A DNA stretch of 64,000 nucleotides, taken from Desulfarculaceae bacterium. GTDB lineage: Bacteria; Desulfobacterota; Desulfocorpusculales; Desulfocorpusculum. The notes under the pieces are model-generated. The model was not told the DNA's origin, did not search any database, and was given only the letters and a program-made list of their open reading frames with translations. Position numbers and translations under genes: made by a program. Of the stretch, positions 9,980-18,949 are shown piece by piece (position 1 is the stretch's first letter; each line of letters begins with the position of its first letter). Location: contig JBBIOJ010000001.1 of assembly GCA_037443445.1 (NCBI GenBank), positions 183,796 through 247,795 of the forward strand, in the 5' to 3' direction.

Positions 9980-11598
9980 GGTATCCACCTGGTGAGCCTT
10001 GCATACCCCTCCCTGTCTAGAGCCGGGATCATTTCCCCGTAGTCTGTCCAGGGCAACAGGCAGCCCGGCCTGTACATTCGGCTCATGGCCACGTATATGG
10101 AGGTGTGATCCGTGCCAGCCCAAAGCTCCATCACTTTGGGGCCCCCCCCCCTGCCCTGCCCCATCCAGATCTCCTCTGTCAGGCGGACTCCGGAGTCTAT
10201 CTCCACTGTCCTGGCAAACTTCATCTGGTGCTTTCTCTTGCCCACTATGAGGAGCCTCTGAAGAATGCGCCTCACAAGATCGCTGCCCCAGCTGCCCACA
10301 AGAAGCATGCCCAGGTGAAACAAGGCCTGCGTGAAGGGTGTGGGCATCTTGAAATTGGAAACTCCGAAATGCCCCCCTACCCTTATTCCTTTCTCCAGGA
10401 TCCTCACCTCGTATTCGTCCACGAGATGACTCACCAGGACCTCACCGGAGGAAAGCTTGGCCACAACCCCACTGTCTCCATAGGCGAGTTCCCCCTCCAA
10501 ATGGTAGATGAAGGCCCCCCCCTTTGCCGCCGAAACCACCAAGTGACGTTTCCTGTCCCGATGCACAAAGACCCTGGCCTCGGGAAAGTATTTGGAAAGC
10601 CCGGAGTCCTGTCCCATTGGAACTGTACTCTCTTGAAGGGGCTTCTCCATGAAATCCAGGTATGCCTGGAGATGGTCGTAGCTTAGATGAGCGCACATTC
10701 GGTCATCCTCGAGGTAGACCCTTCTTCCCTGTTCCAAAGCCTTCAAGTAAAGAGCCGCCATTTGGGCTGCGGCCGGAGAAAATCGGGCACATAGCTCCAG
10801 ACCGTGGGGGAAAAGCAGGTAAGTGTTGCGACTTCCGTACTCCCCGCCGCAGGTACCGTCGGGATGCATGAGTAAAGACAGGAATTCCAAGGCCTTCCCA
10901 AGGGGGCCTTGCAGTTCCCTGGAATCTGAAAGGCTCATGTATTTTGCCAGGAAATCCACCGTGGCTGTGAGATAACCCGGGTCGCAACCCTCATACTCGG
11001 GGAACCAGCCTTCTGGGCTCTGCCATCCCAGAAGCGTCTCTATCCTGTTTCTTGCACCCTGGAGAAACTTCTCTTTTCCTGTCAAGACGAACACAGTCCC
11101 AAGGGCCAGGGCCGCCAAGGCCTGGTGGTTGGAAAGCCTTCCCGACTCCTGGTTTTTCATGAGCCACTCGGCCCTCTTGCACAAGAAATCCAGCAGGTCC
11201 CCATCCTGGAATTCCAGGAGTCGGCAGCTTTCCGCCATGGCGTAGAGGGAGAAGGCCACTGCCCCCAGGGCCCGCTCATGGGGGAAGTAGTCGTCGCAGG
11301 AGCCGTCCTTGTGGGAAGAACGGGCTGCAAATCGAATCCCCGCTCTCACCAACTCCTTCAACCTGGGCTGGAGATAAAATCCCTCTCCTCCTGGGAATGG
11401 AAACTTGAACACCAAGGCCAAAGGCAACACGAATTCCTGGTACATCCCGCTGGGGAAGGAGGCCGTCCTGTAGTGCCAGTAGGAACGGTCAAAACAGCCG
11501 TACGTGGGGCTCAAGCGGTGCCTGTCCACCATGGCCAAGATGTGTGGGATCTGAGCCAGGCCGGTCCTGGCGTAGAGTTCCCTACCCTTGCGATTCAT
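9976..11598 (-). CDS. Uncharacterised (alpha/alpha)-toroid protein, heparinase II/III / polysaccharide-lyase-like
   Basis: SNHQALAALAL, QSPEGWFPEY..PGY and HPDGT resemble heparinase II/III-family NH / DG..E...Y / PDG motifs; beta-rich C-terminus; overlaps both neighbours. Confidence 0.55.
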   Translation of the reverse strand: MNRKGRELYARTGLAQIPHILAMVDRHRLSPTYGCFDRSYWHYRTASFPSGMYQEFVLPLALVFKFPFPGGEGFYLQPRLKELVRAGIRFAARSSHKDGSCDDYFPHERALGAVAFSLYAMAESCRLLEFQDGDLLDFLCKRAEWLMKNQESGRLSNHQALAALALGTVFVLTGKEKFLQGARNRIETLLGWQSPEGWFPEYEGCDPGYLTATVDFLAKYMSLSDSRELQGPLGKALEFLSLLMHPDGTCGGEYGSRNTYLLFPHGLELCARFSPAAAQMAALYLKALEQGRRVYLEDDRMCAHLSYDHLQAYLDFMEKPLQESTVPMGQDSGLSKYFPEARVFVHRDRKRHLVVSAAKGGAFIYHLEGELAYGDSGVVAKLSSGEVLVSHLVDEYEVRILEKGIRVGGHFGVSNFKMPTPFTQALFHLGMLLVGSWGSDLVRRILQRLLIVGKRKHQMKFARTVEIDSGVRLTEEIWMGQGRGGGPKVMELWAGTDHTSIYVAMSRMYRPGCLLPWTDYGEMIPALDREGYARLTRWIP

Positions 11599-12484
11599 GC
11601 CTGGCTTTTCCCTGGGCAACGATTAGATCTGCCAGCAGCCCCATGGCCCCCACCATCACGGCTGTGAGAAAGAGTATGATGTCCGACTCCTGGAGCGAGC
11701 CGGTAAGAACCAAGTCCACCAACCCCTTCAGGATTCCCAGGCCCAGCAACACGAGGCAAAGAGGCATGAAAACCTTAAGGGGTGCAAAGTAGGTCACGAT
11801 CCTGAGCACGGTCAGAAGATACCTGTAGGTGTCTTTCACGGGGTGGAACTTGGATTTCCCTACGCGGGAGAAGTATTCCACGGGCACGAAGGCCACAGGA
11901 AGCCCGTTTGTCAAAAAGGCCAGGGTCATGGAAGAAACGCAAGAAAACCCGTCGGGCACCAGGTGCAAAAAGGGGAGCATTTCCTTTTTTCTGAAGGCCC
12001 TCAGGCCCGAGTTCAAATCAGGGATAGCCTTTCCCACCAGGAACACGGCAAGCCTTCTGATTACCTCCTTTGCAAAGGTACGGAGCCACCTGTGCGTCCC
12101 CCTTTCCACAACCCTGGCTCCTATGACCTGGGAGAACTCCTCCAAGGGAGAAAGGATCTGTGGTATTGCTCCGGCCGGGTATGTGCCGTCAGCGTCGATC
12201 ATCAGGACCCACTCTCCCCTGGAGGCCAGTATCCCGCTTTTCCGGGAAGCCCCGGAGCCCCTGTTCTCCTTGTGGCGAATCACCCTGGCGCCGGCCTCTT
12301 CAGCCCTCAGGGCTGTCAAATCCGAGGAGCCATCGTCCACAACCAGAATTTCATGGGTGTACCCCGCCTGCTGCAAGGCGGCCCTCACCTCTTGCACCAC
12401 TCGGGCGATGGCCCCTTGCTCGTTGTAGGCCGGAATCACGGCACTCACCTTGCAATCCCCGGATGCGCTTTCCATGTCTCTCAT
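11582..12484 (-). CDS. GT2 glycosyltransferase, polyprenyl-phosphate sugar synthase-like (DPM1/ArnC/GtrB type)
   Basis: IPAYNE, VDDGSSD, NRGSGA, IDADGTYP (DxD), NSGLRAFR; two C-terminal TMs. Confidence 0.88.
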   Translation of the reverse strand: MRDMESASGDCKVSAVIPAYNEQGAIARVVQEVRAALQQAGYTHEILVVDDGSSDLTALRAEEAGARVIRHKENRGSGASRKSGILASRGEWVLMIDADGTYPAGAIPQILSPLEEFSQVIGARVVERGTHRWLRTFAKEVIRRLAVFLVGKAIPDLNSGLRAFRKKEMLPFLHLVPDGFSCVSSMTLAFLTNGLPVAFVPVEYFSRVGKSKFHPVKDTYRYLLTVLRIVTYFAPLKVFMPLCLVLLGLGILKGLVDLVLTGSLQESDIILFLTAVMVGAMGLLADLIVAQGKARHESQG

Positions 12485-14142
12485 CTCTCCCCCTTGCCCT
12501 GCCAGCAAAGCACAAGGAACCTAGAGTTTTCAAAACAAACTTTCTCCCTGGGCGGGGCAAGCAGCGCAAATTCCTCGGCTCCTTCTATTCTCCCCTTGAC
12601 GAAGCTGTGAAATGGTTCGAAGTATATTGTGCCTTGCAGGAAGGAGGGTGTGAAATGCGTCTTGTTCACAACCAGAGCCCCGATACCGTATTTTTTCACG
12701 AACTCCTCTATCTCCACCCAGTCCCTGGCATAATAAGCCCCGAACAAGTCGAAAATCCTCTGCCTGACTTCTCTATAGTAGCCTATCTGGTAAGGCAGTG
12801 AAAGTTCTTGGTTTGCAAGCACTTTCCTGAGGCTCACCAAAGGCACATTGTTTGCATCCAGGGGTTGGGCAGCCACCAAGGTGCCTTTGGGAAGGCCCCG
12901 GAGGAACTCCAGCATTTCCATTTGGGTTTTGTCCAAGGCCACCATCTGGGTGTCGAACCTCAAGATCACATGCCCTTGGGCCCACGCATAAACCACCATG
13001 ACTCCGCCCAGAACCCCCCCCGCAACCCATCTTGAGCGCAAAGAGCGCAAGAGACTCCTGCCCCCATGCCTGATCCAGAGCCCCTGTGCGGCCTCCAGGA
13101 AGGGGCCCGTGCTGGCCCCGATCACCAGCATGAAAGCCAGAGGCAGGGTGTAAATGGTGTACCTGGATGGAAGATGCAACTTGAAGAGCAGGATGTGGGC
13201 CATGCCGAAGAGCAGAAGTGAGGTCCAGCAAAGATGCAGTGCCTGAGAAGGTAGCCTGATTACCCGGACTCCTCCCAGGAGAGCCATGGCGGCCAGAATG
13301 ATTCCAAAACCGATGAGGTATTCGGCTCCTATCCCGCTTCTTCCCAACAGAAGGAATTCCAGAGTATTCCCCCGGAAAAAGGCGCTTCTCCCCCCTTCTT
13401 GAAATTCAGGCATGGCTCTAGCATCCTGCGGGCTGACCTGGGGGCCGAACAAATTGCCCTGGGAGGAAGCGTACACAGAAACAAGCAGCGCTACAGATAC
13501 CAAGAAGCCTCCTGCCAAGAAAGCGGCATCCTTAAGCAGTCTTGTCTCTTTTCCAGCTTTTCCCAGCCGGCCCATGACCCAGAGCACAGCCATGGCCAGC
13601 GTGTTAAGAAGTATGGGAGGGTACAGCAGCGCTTCCAGGACCAGCATCAGCCCAGCCCAGGCTGAAGCCCCCCTTTGCAAGAGGGCCAGAAAACCTATGA
13701 GCAGAGGGAAGGCAAAACCCCTGGGGAATCCCCCTGAAGAGGCATACAAGCTAAAGAACAAGAAAAGGATCTGCAGGAAGAACCGGCCGCCAGAATGGGG
13801 AATGAGGCTTCTGCACCAGAGCTCCAGCAACCAGAGGGACGCCATGAGAAGCAGGAGGCTTATCAGTTGGCTCAAGGAAAGAGGGTCAAGCAACTCGGTG
13901 CCCAGCCTGTAAATGAACTGGTAACCAGGGGGATCCATCATGGGGGAGGAGATGAATTCAGTCAGGAGATCTTCCCGGAAAAGCTCTGGGTCCTGGAACT
14001 TGGCGGTCCAGTACACGTGCTGCCGGGCGTCGTCGTCGAAGACCAAGGAATCCACACCAGGAGGGTGGTAGCGCACCCACCAGGCAGAAAGGCCCAGGAG
14101 CATCAGAAAACAGAGCCCTTTGGGGGAGTGGCTCCTTCTCAA
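12481..14142 (-). CDS. Polytopic membrane protein, probable GT-C-fold glycosyltransferase
   Basis: One TM followed by a loop with DDDARQH (acidic motif typical of GT-C), then about 10 TMs and a soluble C-terminal domain; ATGA overlap with the GT2. Confidence 0.55.
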   Translation of the reverse strand: MRRSHSPKGLCFLMLLGLSAWWVRYHPPGVDSLVFDDDARQHVYWTAKFQDPELFREDLLTEFISSPMMDPPGYQFIYRLGTELLDPLSLSQLISLLLLMASLWLLELWCRSLIPHSGGRFFLQILFLFFSLYASSGGFPRGFAFPLLIGFLALLQRGASAWAGLMLVLEALLYPPILLNTLAMAVLWVMGRLGKAGKETRLLKDAAFLAGGFLVSVALLVSVYASSQGNLFGPQVSPQDARAMPEFQEGGRSAFFRGNTLEFLLLGRSGIGAEYLIGFGIILAAMALLGGVRVIRLPSQALHLCWTSLLLFGMAHILLFKLHLPSRYTIYTLPLAFMLVIGASTGPFLEAAQGLWIRHGGRSLLRSLRSRWVAGGVLGGVMVVYAWAQGHVILRFDTQMVALDKTQMEMLEFLRGLPKGTLVAAQPLDANNVPLVSLRKVLANQELSLPYQIGYYREVRQRIFDLFGAYYARDWVEIEEFVKKYGIGALVVNKTHFTPSFLQGTIYFEPFHSFVKGRIEGAEEFALLAPPREKVCFENSRFLVLCWQGKGER

Positions 14143-14227
14143 GGATACCTCTCCCCTTCCAAGAATCCGCAGCCTCGGCCAGCATTTTCGGCTTCCTTGT
14201 CAAACTGTTTCGGTTCCTTGTGGGAGC

Positions 14228-16537
14228 TCATGGCATATTCTTGGGGACCCATCTGGTTCCAGAGGGGGTGTCCACCAGGAGAACTCCCATCCTGGAGAGC
14301 TCCTCCCGGATACGGTCCGCCTCTGCCCAGTTCCGAACTTGGCGCGCCTTTTCCCTCCTGGCAATCAGCTCCAGGATCTCCCCTTCTTGGGGAACCCTGG
14401 CCTCCGGCTCCAGAACCTGAAGCACTGTGTTGGCCTTCTGCAGGAAACTCAGGGCGCTTTGGGCCTGGTTGGGGCTCACGGCACCCTCATCCAGAGCCTG
14501 ATTCAACTGCTTGGCCAGGGTGAAAATGGCAGCCAGCGCCACCGATACGTTCAGATCGTCATCCATGGCTGACTCGAACTCTTCCCCGGCCCGGGAAATC
14601 CAGCCAGAAACCTCCTTCCCGGCCTCCTGCCCTTCTGTCCACCTCAATCTCAGAACCAGGCGATCCAATCTTGCCAGGCTTTTTCTGGCAGCGTGAAGGG
14701 CCTGCACTGAGAAATGCAGCGGTTTGCGGTAGTGAGTCCCCAGAAGCAGAAACCTGATCTCCCTACCCTTGAATCCACGGGCAAGCAATTCTTTCAAGCT
14801 CAACCTGCCCGATACGCTCTTCCCGTCCAGCAACACGCGCTCGGAGTGGATCCAGTAACGACAGAACCTCTTACCACTCAGGGACTCGCATATGGCGATC
14901 TCGTTTTCATGGTGTGGAAACATCAGGGCGCGTCCACTTGTGTGAATGTCTATGGTTTCTCCCAGGATGTGGCTGGCCATGGCCGCGCACTCGATGTGCC
15001 ATCCAGGTCTCACCTGCCCCCAAGGGGAGGAGTAGGTGATCCCCTGCTTCAGCTCGGCCAGGGTCGAGCGCTTGAACAAAGTGAAATCCCTGGGGTTGTC
15101 CTTCTCATAATCATCCAGATCCACGGTCAGGCCCAGCCTGATCTTGCGCAGGTCCACCCTGGAGAGATGGCCGTAGGAAGGGAACTTGGAAATGTCGAAG
15201 TAAAGGGAGCCATGCTGGCAGTACGCCAGGCCCTTCTGCTCCAGGAGCTGCCCCATCTTCACCATGGCCTCCACGTACTGGCTGGCCCTTGGATACTCAT
15301 GGGCCGGTTGGATGGAAAGCACTGCCATGTCTTCAAGAAAAGAGGTTATGTGGGCCTCTGTGAACTGTCTCAGCGCAACCCCTGAAGCCTGGGCCCCCTG
15401 GATGGTCCTGTCGTCCAGATCTGTAACGTTCATGACGTGGCGCACCTGAAACCCCTTGTACTGCAGGTATCGCTTGAGCAGGTCCGCCACCACCGCCCTG
15501 CGGCAGAACTCCAGGTCCACCGGGCCATCCACCGTGGGTCCACAGGAGTACATCCGAACCCTGCCGGGCTCCAAAGGCTCGAAGTTCTCCTTGCGACGGC
15601 TCAGAGTGTTGTAAAAGCAGAAAGAAGGGATCTCCCTGGGCACGAACAAGGAGGTGCTAAGGTACCTGTCCCCACCGTCGGGCAGGATGACAACTATAAG
15701 ACCCTGCTCCAGGCCCCGGGCCATCCTGAGGGCACCGGCCAGGGCTGCTCCGGAGCTCATCCCGGCGAAAATACCTTCCTCCCTGGCCAGACGCCGGGTC
15801 ATCTCGAAGGCTTCCTCGTCTTCCACAACGAGCTTGGTGTCTATACGTTCCTTTTCAAATATTCCCGGGACATAGGATTCCTTGAGATTCTTGAGCCCTT
15901 GTATCTTGTGGCCGGGCACCGGCTCCACGGCCACCACGCCTACATTGGGGTTTAGCTCCTTGAGCCTCCTGGCCAACCCCATCACGGTTCCGGTGGTACC
16001 CAGGGACGCCACCACGTGGGTGATCCGGCCATGGGTATCTTTCCATATCTCTTCGGCAGTGCCCAGGTAATGAGCCCTCCAGTTGTCAGGGTTGTTGAAC
16101 TGGTCAGGCACGTAGAATCTTTCAGGTTCCTCCCTGGCCATCAGGTATGCACGCTCTATGGCCCCGTCAGTGCCCCGCTGTGCTGGAGTCAGTATTATCT
16201 CAGCCCCGAGGGCCCGCAGGATCTTCCTGCGCTCCAGACTGGCCCCCTCGGACATGGTGAGCATGAGCTTGTAGCCCTTCACCGCGCACACCAAGGCCAA
16301 GCCTATGCCTGTGTTTCCGCTGGTGGCCTCCAGGACCGTCATCCCGGCTCTCAACTCTCCCCTGGCCTCTGCTCCCTCTATCATGGAAAGGGCCGCCCTG
16401 TCCTTCACAGACCCCCCGGGGTTTCGAGACTCCAACTTGACAAACACACGCACCCGCCTGTTTGTGTGAATTCTTCTCAACTCCACCATGGGAGTGTGAC
16501 CTATGAGCGCCAAGACACCCGCCCTAGCCTTGCCCAT
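14228..16537 (-). CDS. Fusion: PLP cysteine synthase (CysM/CysK) + degenerate cysteinyl-tRNA synthetase-like module
   Basis: N-terminus: NPGGSVKDR (PLP Lys), ATSGNTG, GTTGT, GMSSG, PDGGDRYLS. C-terminus: CysRS fold (YSCGPTV, NVTDLDD, SPWG.VRPGWHIEC, FPHHENE, MDDDLN, NWAEADRIREEL) with HIGH and KMSKS degenerate. One continuous ORF. Confidence 0.9.
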   Translation of the reverse strand: MGKARAGVLALIGHTPMVELRRIHTNRRVRVFVKLESRNPGGSVKDRAALSMIEGAEARGELRAGMTVLEATSGNTGIGLALVCAVKGYKLMLTMSEGASLERRKILRALGAEIILTPAQRGTDGAIERAYLMAREEPERFYVPDQFNNPDNWRAHYLGTAEEIWKDTHGRITHVVASLGTTGTVMGLARRLKELNPNVGVVAVEPVPGHKIQGLKNLKESYVPGIFEKERIDTKLVVEDEEAFEMTRRLAREEGIFAGMSSGAALAGALRMARGLEQGLIVVILPDGGDRYLSTSLFVPREIPSFCFYNTLSRRKENFEPLEPGRVRMYSCGPTVDGPVDLEFCRRAVVADLLKRYLQYKGFQVRHVMNVTDLDDRTIQGAQASGVALRQFTEAHITSFLEDMAVLSIQPAHEYPRASQYVEAMVKMGQLLEQKGLAYCQHGSLYFDISKFPSYGHLSRVDLRKIRLGLTVDLDDYEKDNPRDFTLFKRSTLAELKQGITYSSPWGQVRPGWHIECAAMASHILGETIDIHTSGRALMFPHHENEIAICESLSGKRFCRYWIHSERVLLDGKSVSGRLSLKELLARGFKGREIRFLLLGTHYRKPLHFSVQALHAARKSLARLDRLVLRLRWTEGQEAGKEVSGWISRAGEEFESAMDDDLNVSVALAAIFTLAKQLNQALDEGAVSPNQAQSALSFLQKANTVLQVLEPEARVPQEGEILELIARREKARQVRNWAEADRIREELSRMGVLLVDTPSGTRWVPKNMP

Positions 16538-16823
16538 GCTCTCCCTCCAGGGCTCCCGCAAACTCCGAAAAAGCAATTATGCTACATGAGGCCGTGCAGG
16601 CCAACCCTCTTGGCTCAAAAGCCCGGGCAGCAGTTCCCTGTGCTTCCCGGGCTGGAGGCCACGGGGAAGCCTCTTTCCCAAGGCACAAAAGGCAGTCAAT
16701 TCAATATAATACCTTCTGGAAGGTGACTCTCAACATTGAAAACAAGCCCCGGGGTTGATATATTAGGGATACCAGAGAGTGAGGCTGGCTCGCAAACATC
16801 CATTCAGAAGAGGGAGGCGCTCC

Positions 16824-17972
16824 ATGGCCTACGCTTTGGAACAGGGACCCATAAGGCCGCCCAGCGAGGCCAGAAGCCTGCTGATCAGGGTTACGCGAAA
16901 CTGCCCCTGGAACAGGTGTGAGTTCTGCAACATATACAAGGGAAAGAGCTTCAGCAGGCGAAGCGTCCAGGAGGTGAAGGCGGACATCCAGGCAGCCAGG
17001 GCAGCCTACGAGGAGATACAGGCCCTTTCATGGCGCATGGGCATGGCCGGCCGCGTGGAAGAGGGGCTCATTCAGGTTCTTTGGAGCGATCCCCGCCGCT
17101 ACGGGGAGGCCCACAGGTCAGTGGCCGCCTGGATGTATTTCGGGGCCCGCAACGTGTTCCTACAGGACGCCAACAGCCTCATCCTGGAAACCGGGGAGCT
17201 GGTGGAGATACTTGAGTTCCTCAAGCGGACTTTTCCATCAGTGGAGCGCATCACCTCTTATGCCCGCTCCTCCACCTTGCGGCGAAAGAGCCTGGAGGAT
17301 CTCAAAGCCCTCAGAGAAGCAGGTTTGAACCGTATCCATGTGGGCATGGAATCCGGCTATGACCCCCTGCTGAAGTTCATGCAGAAAGGGGTCACCGCCC
17401 AGGGGCATGTGGAGGCTGGAAGGAAAGTGGTGGAGGCAGGGATTTCCCTCTCGGAATACATGCTCCTGGGTCTGGGCGGGAAAAGATGGTGGAGAGAGCA
17501 TGCCATAGAGAGCGCCAGGGTCCTGAATCAGATAAATCCCCACTTCATCAGGATAAGGACCCTTACGGTGAGGCCTGGGATGCCCCTCAATGAGAAGATC
17601 CTCTGCGGGGATTTCCAGCTCCAGTCAGAGGAGGAGATAGTGCGGGAGGAAAGGCTCTTCATAGAAAATCTGGAGGGAATCACAAGCCGGGTGGCCAGCG
17701 ACCACATCCTGAATCTTCTGGAAGAAGTGGAGGGAAAGCTCCCCGAGGACAAACCACGCATGCTGGAAGTGATAGACGAGTACCTGGGTTTGAGCCAGAG
17801 AGACAAGCTGGTGTATAACCTGGGACGCAGGGGGCATGAGTACAGAAGCGTAAAGGACCTGGCGGATCTGGCCCTGAGAAGGCGGGTGGAGGCAGCCCTG
17901 GACAGTTTCATGGAAGAGCATTCCCAGGATCTGGATTCGGCATTCAACCAGCTGAGAAACGAGTTCATCTGA
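16824..17972 (+). CDS. Radical SAM protein of unknown function
   Basis: CPWNRCEFC (CxxxCxxC); GPIRPPSEA N-terminus; LQDAN, GMESG. Confidence 0.85.
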   Translation: MAYALEQGPIRPPSEARSLLIRVTRNCPWNRCEFCNIYKGKSFSRRSVQEVKADIQAARAAYEEIQALSWRMGMAGRVEEGLIQVLWSDPRRYGEAHRSVAAWMYFGARNVFLQDANSLILETGELVEILEFLKRTFPSVERITSYARSSTLRRKSLEDLKALREAGLNRIHVGMESGYDPLLKFMQKGVTAQGHVEAGRKVVEAGISLSEYMLLGLGGKRWWREHAIESARVLNQINPHFIRIRTLTVRPGMPLNEKILCGDFQLQSEEEIVREERLFIENLEGITSRVASDHILNLLEEVEGKLPEDKPRMLEVIDEYLGLSQRDKLVYNLGRRGHEYRSVKDLADLALRRRVEAALDSFMEEHSQDLDSAFNQLRNEFI

Positions 17973-18037
17973 AACAGCCCCGGGCCTTGCTGCCGGGAAC
18001 AGGAAACTTCCTCTTGTTGGAAGCCTCCGGAAAACCG

Positions 18038-18949
18038 ATGCCTTTTCCTCCTCGTTACAGGGAGCTGAGCGGTTTTCTGAAAGAAAGGTTCGGCTTCAGG
18101 GTTCAAAAGATACCACTGGATGCAGGGCTGGGCTGTCCCAACCGGGACGGAAAAGTGGGAAGGCAAGGCTGCTCCTACTGCGACTCCCTGGGTTCAGGCA
18201 CAGGGGCATGGGCCCAGGGCATGGGCATCGAGCAACAAATCCGGGCCTATCTGAGCCGGGCCCGTAAGGTCAGGGCTGGAGGCTACTTGGCCTACTTCCA
18301 GTCTTTCACCAACACCTATGCCCCCGTGGAAAAGCTCCGGGCCCTGTACCAAGAGGCCCTGGACTTCCCTCAGGTGGTGGGTTTGTGCGTGGGCACCAGG
18401 CCGGACTGTCTGGATGAGCCGGTCTTGGAACTCCTCTCTGAAATAAATCTCAGGGCCATGGTCTGGCTGGAGCTGGGGCTCCAAAGCGCCCACGAGGAGA
18501 CCCTCAGGAAAATCCAAAGGGGACACGGCTTCGAGGTTTTCAAAGAGGCTGTGCAGCGTGCAAGTTCAAGGGGTCTCCTGGTGTGCACCCACCTAATCAT
18601 AGGGCTGCCTGGGGAGACCAGGGAGCATGTCAGAGCCACGGCCAGGAGGATCTCCGGGCTGCCCATCCATGGTCTCAAGCTCCACGGGCTTTACGTGGTG
18701 AGGGGCACGCACATGGAATCCCTGTACAGGGATGGTCTTTACGAGCCTTGGAGTCTTGAGGAGTATGTGGAGGGGGTTTGCGACGTGTTGGAGTTGATCC
18801 CGCATGACTGGGTCATCCACAGGCTCTGCTCAGACCCTGACCCGCGCACCTTGGTGGCACCTTTCTGGATGCTCCAGAAGCAGGCCACCCTGGAGCGGAT
18901 TCGGCTTCGGATGCTGCAGCGGGACACCTGGCAGGGAAAACTATGTTGA
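18038..18949 (+). CDS. TIGR01212-type radical SAM protein (YhcC/YtqA family)
   Basis: KIPLDAGLGCPNRDG...GCSYC, YFQSFTNTY, GTRPDC, ELGLQS, THLIIGLPGE, IHRL. Confidence 0.88.
   Translation: MPFPPRYRELSGFLKERFGFRVQKIPLDAGLGCPNRDGKVGRQGCSYCDSLGSGTGAWAQGMGIEQQIRAYLSRARKVRAGGYLAYFQSFTNTYAPVEKLRALYQEALDFPQVVGLCVGTRPDCLDEPVLELLSEINLRAMVWLELGLQSAHEETLRKIQRGHGFEVFKEAVQRASSRGLLVCTHLIIGLPGETREHVRATARRISGLPIHGLKLHGLYVVRGTHMESLYRDGLYEPWSLEEYVEGVCDVLELIPHDWVIHRLCSDPDPRTLVAPFWMLQKQATLERIRLRMLQRDTWQGKLC

Noticed and set aside
15600-15660. cysM-cysRS fusion being an assembly/frameshift artefact or pseudogene
   Set aside because: It is a single uninterrupted 774-codon frame with a short plausible linker, and both domains are full length. 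The motif losses are confined to the ATP site rather than scattered.
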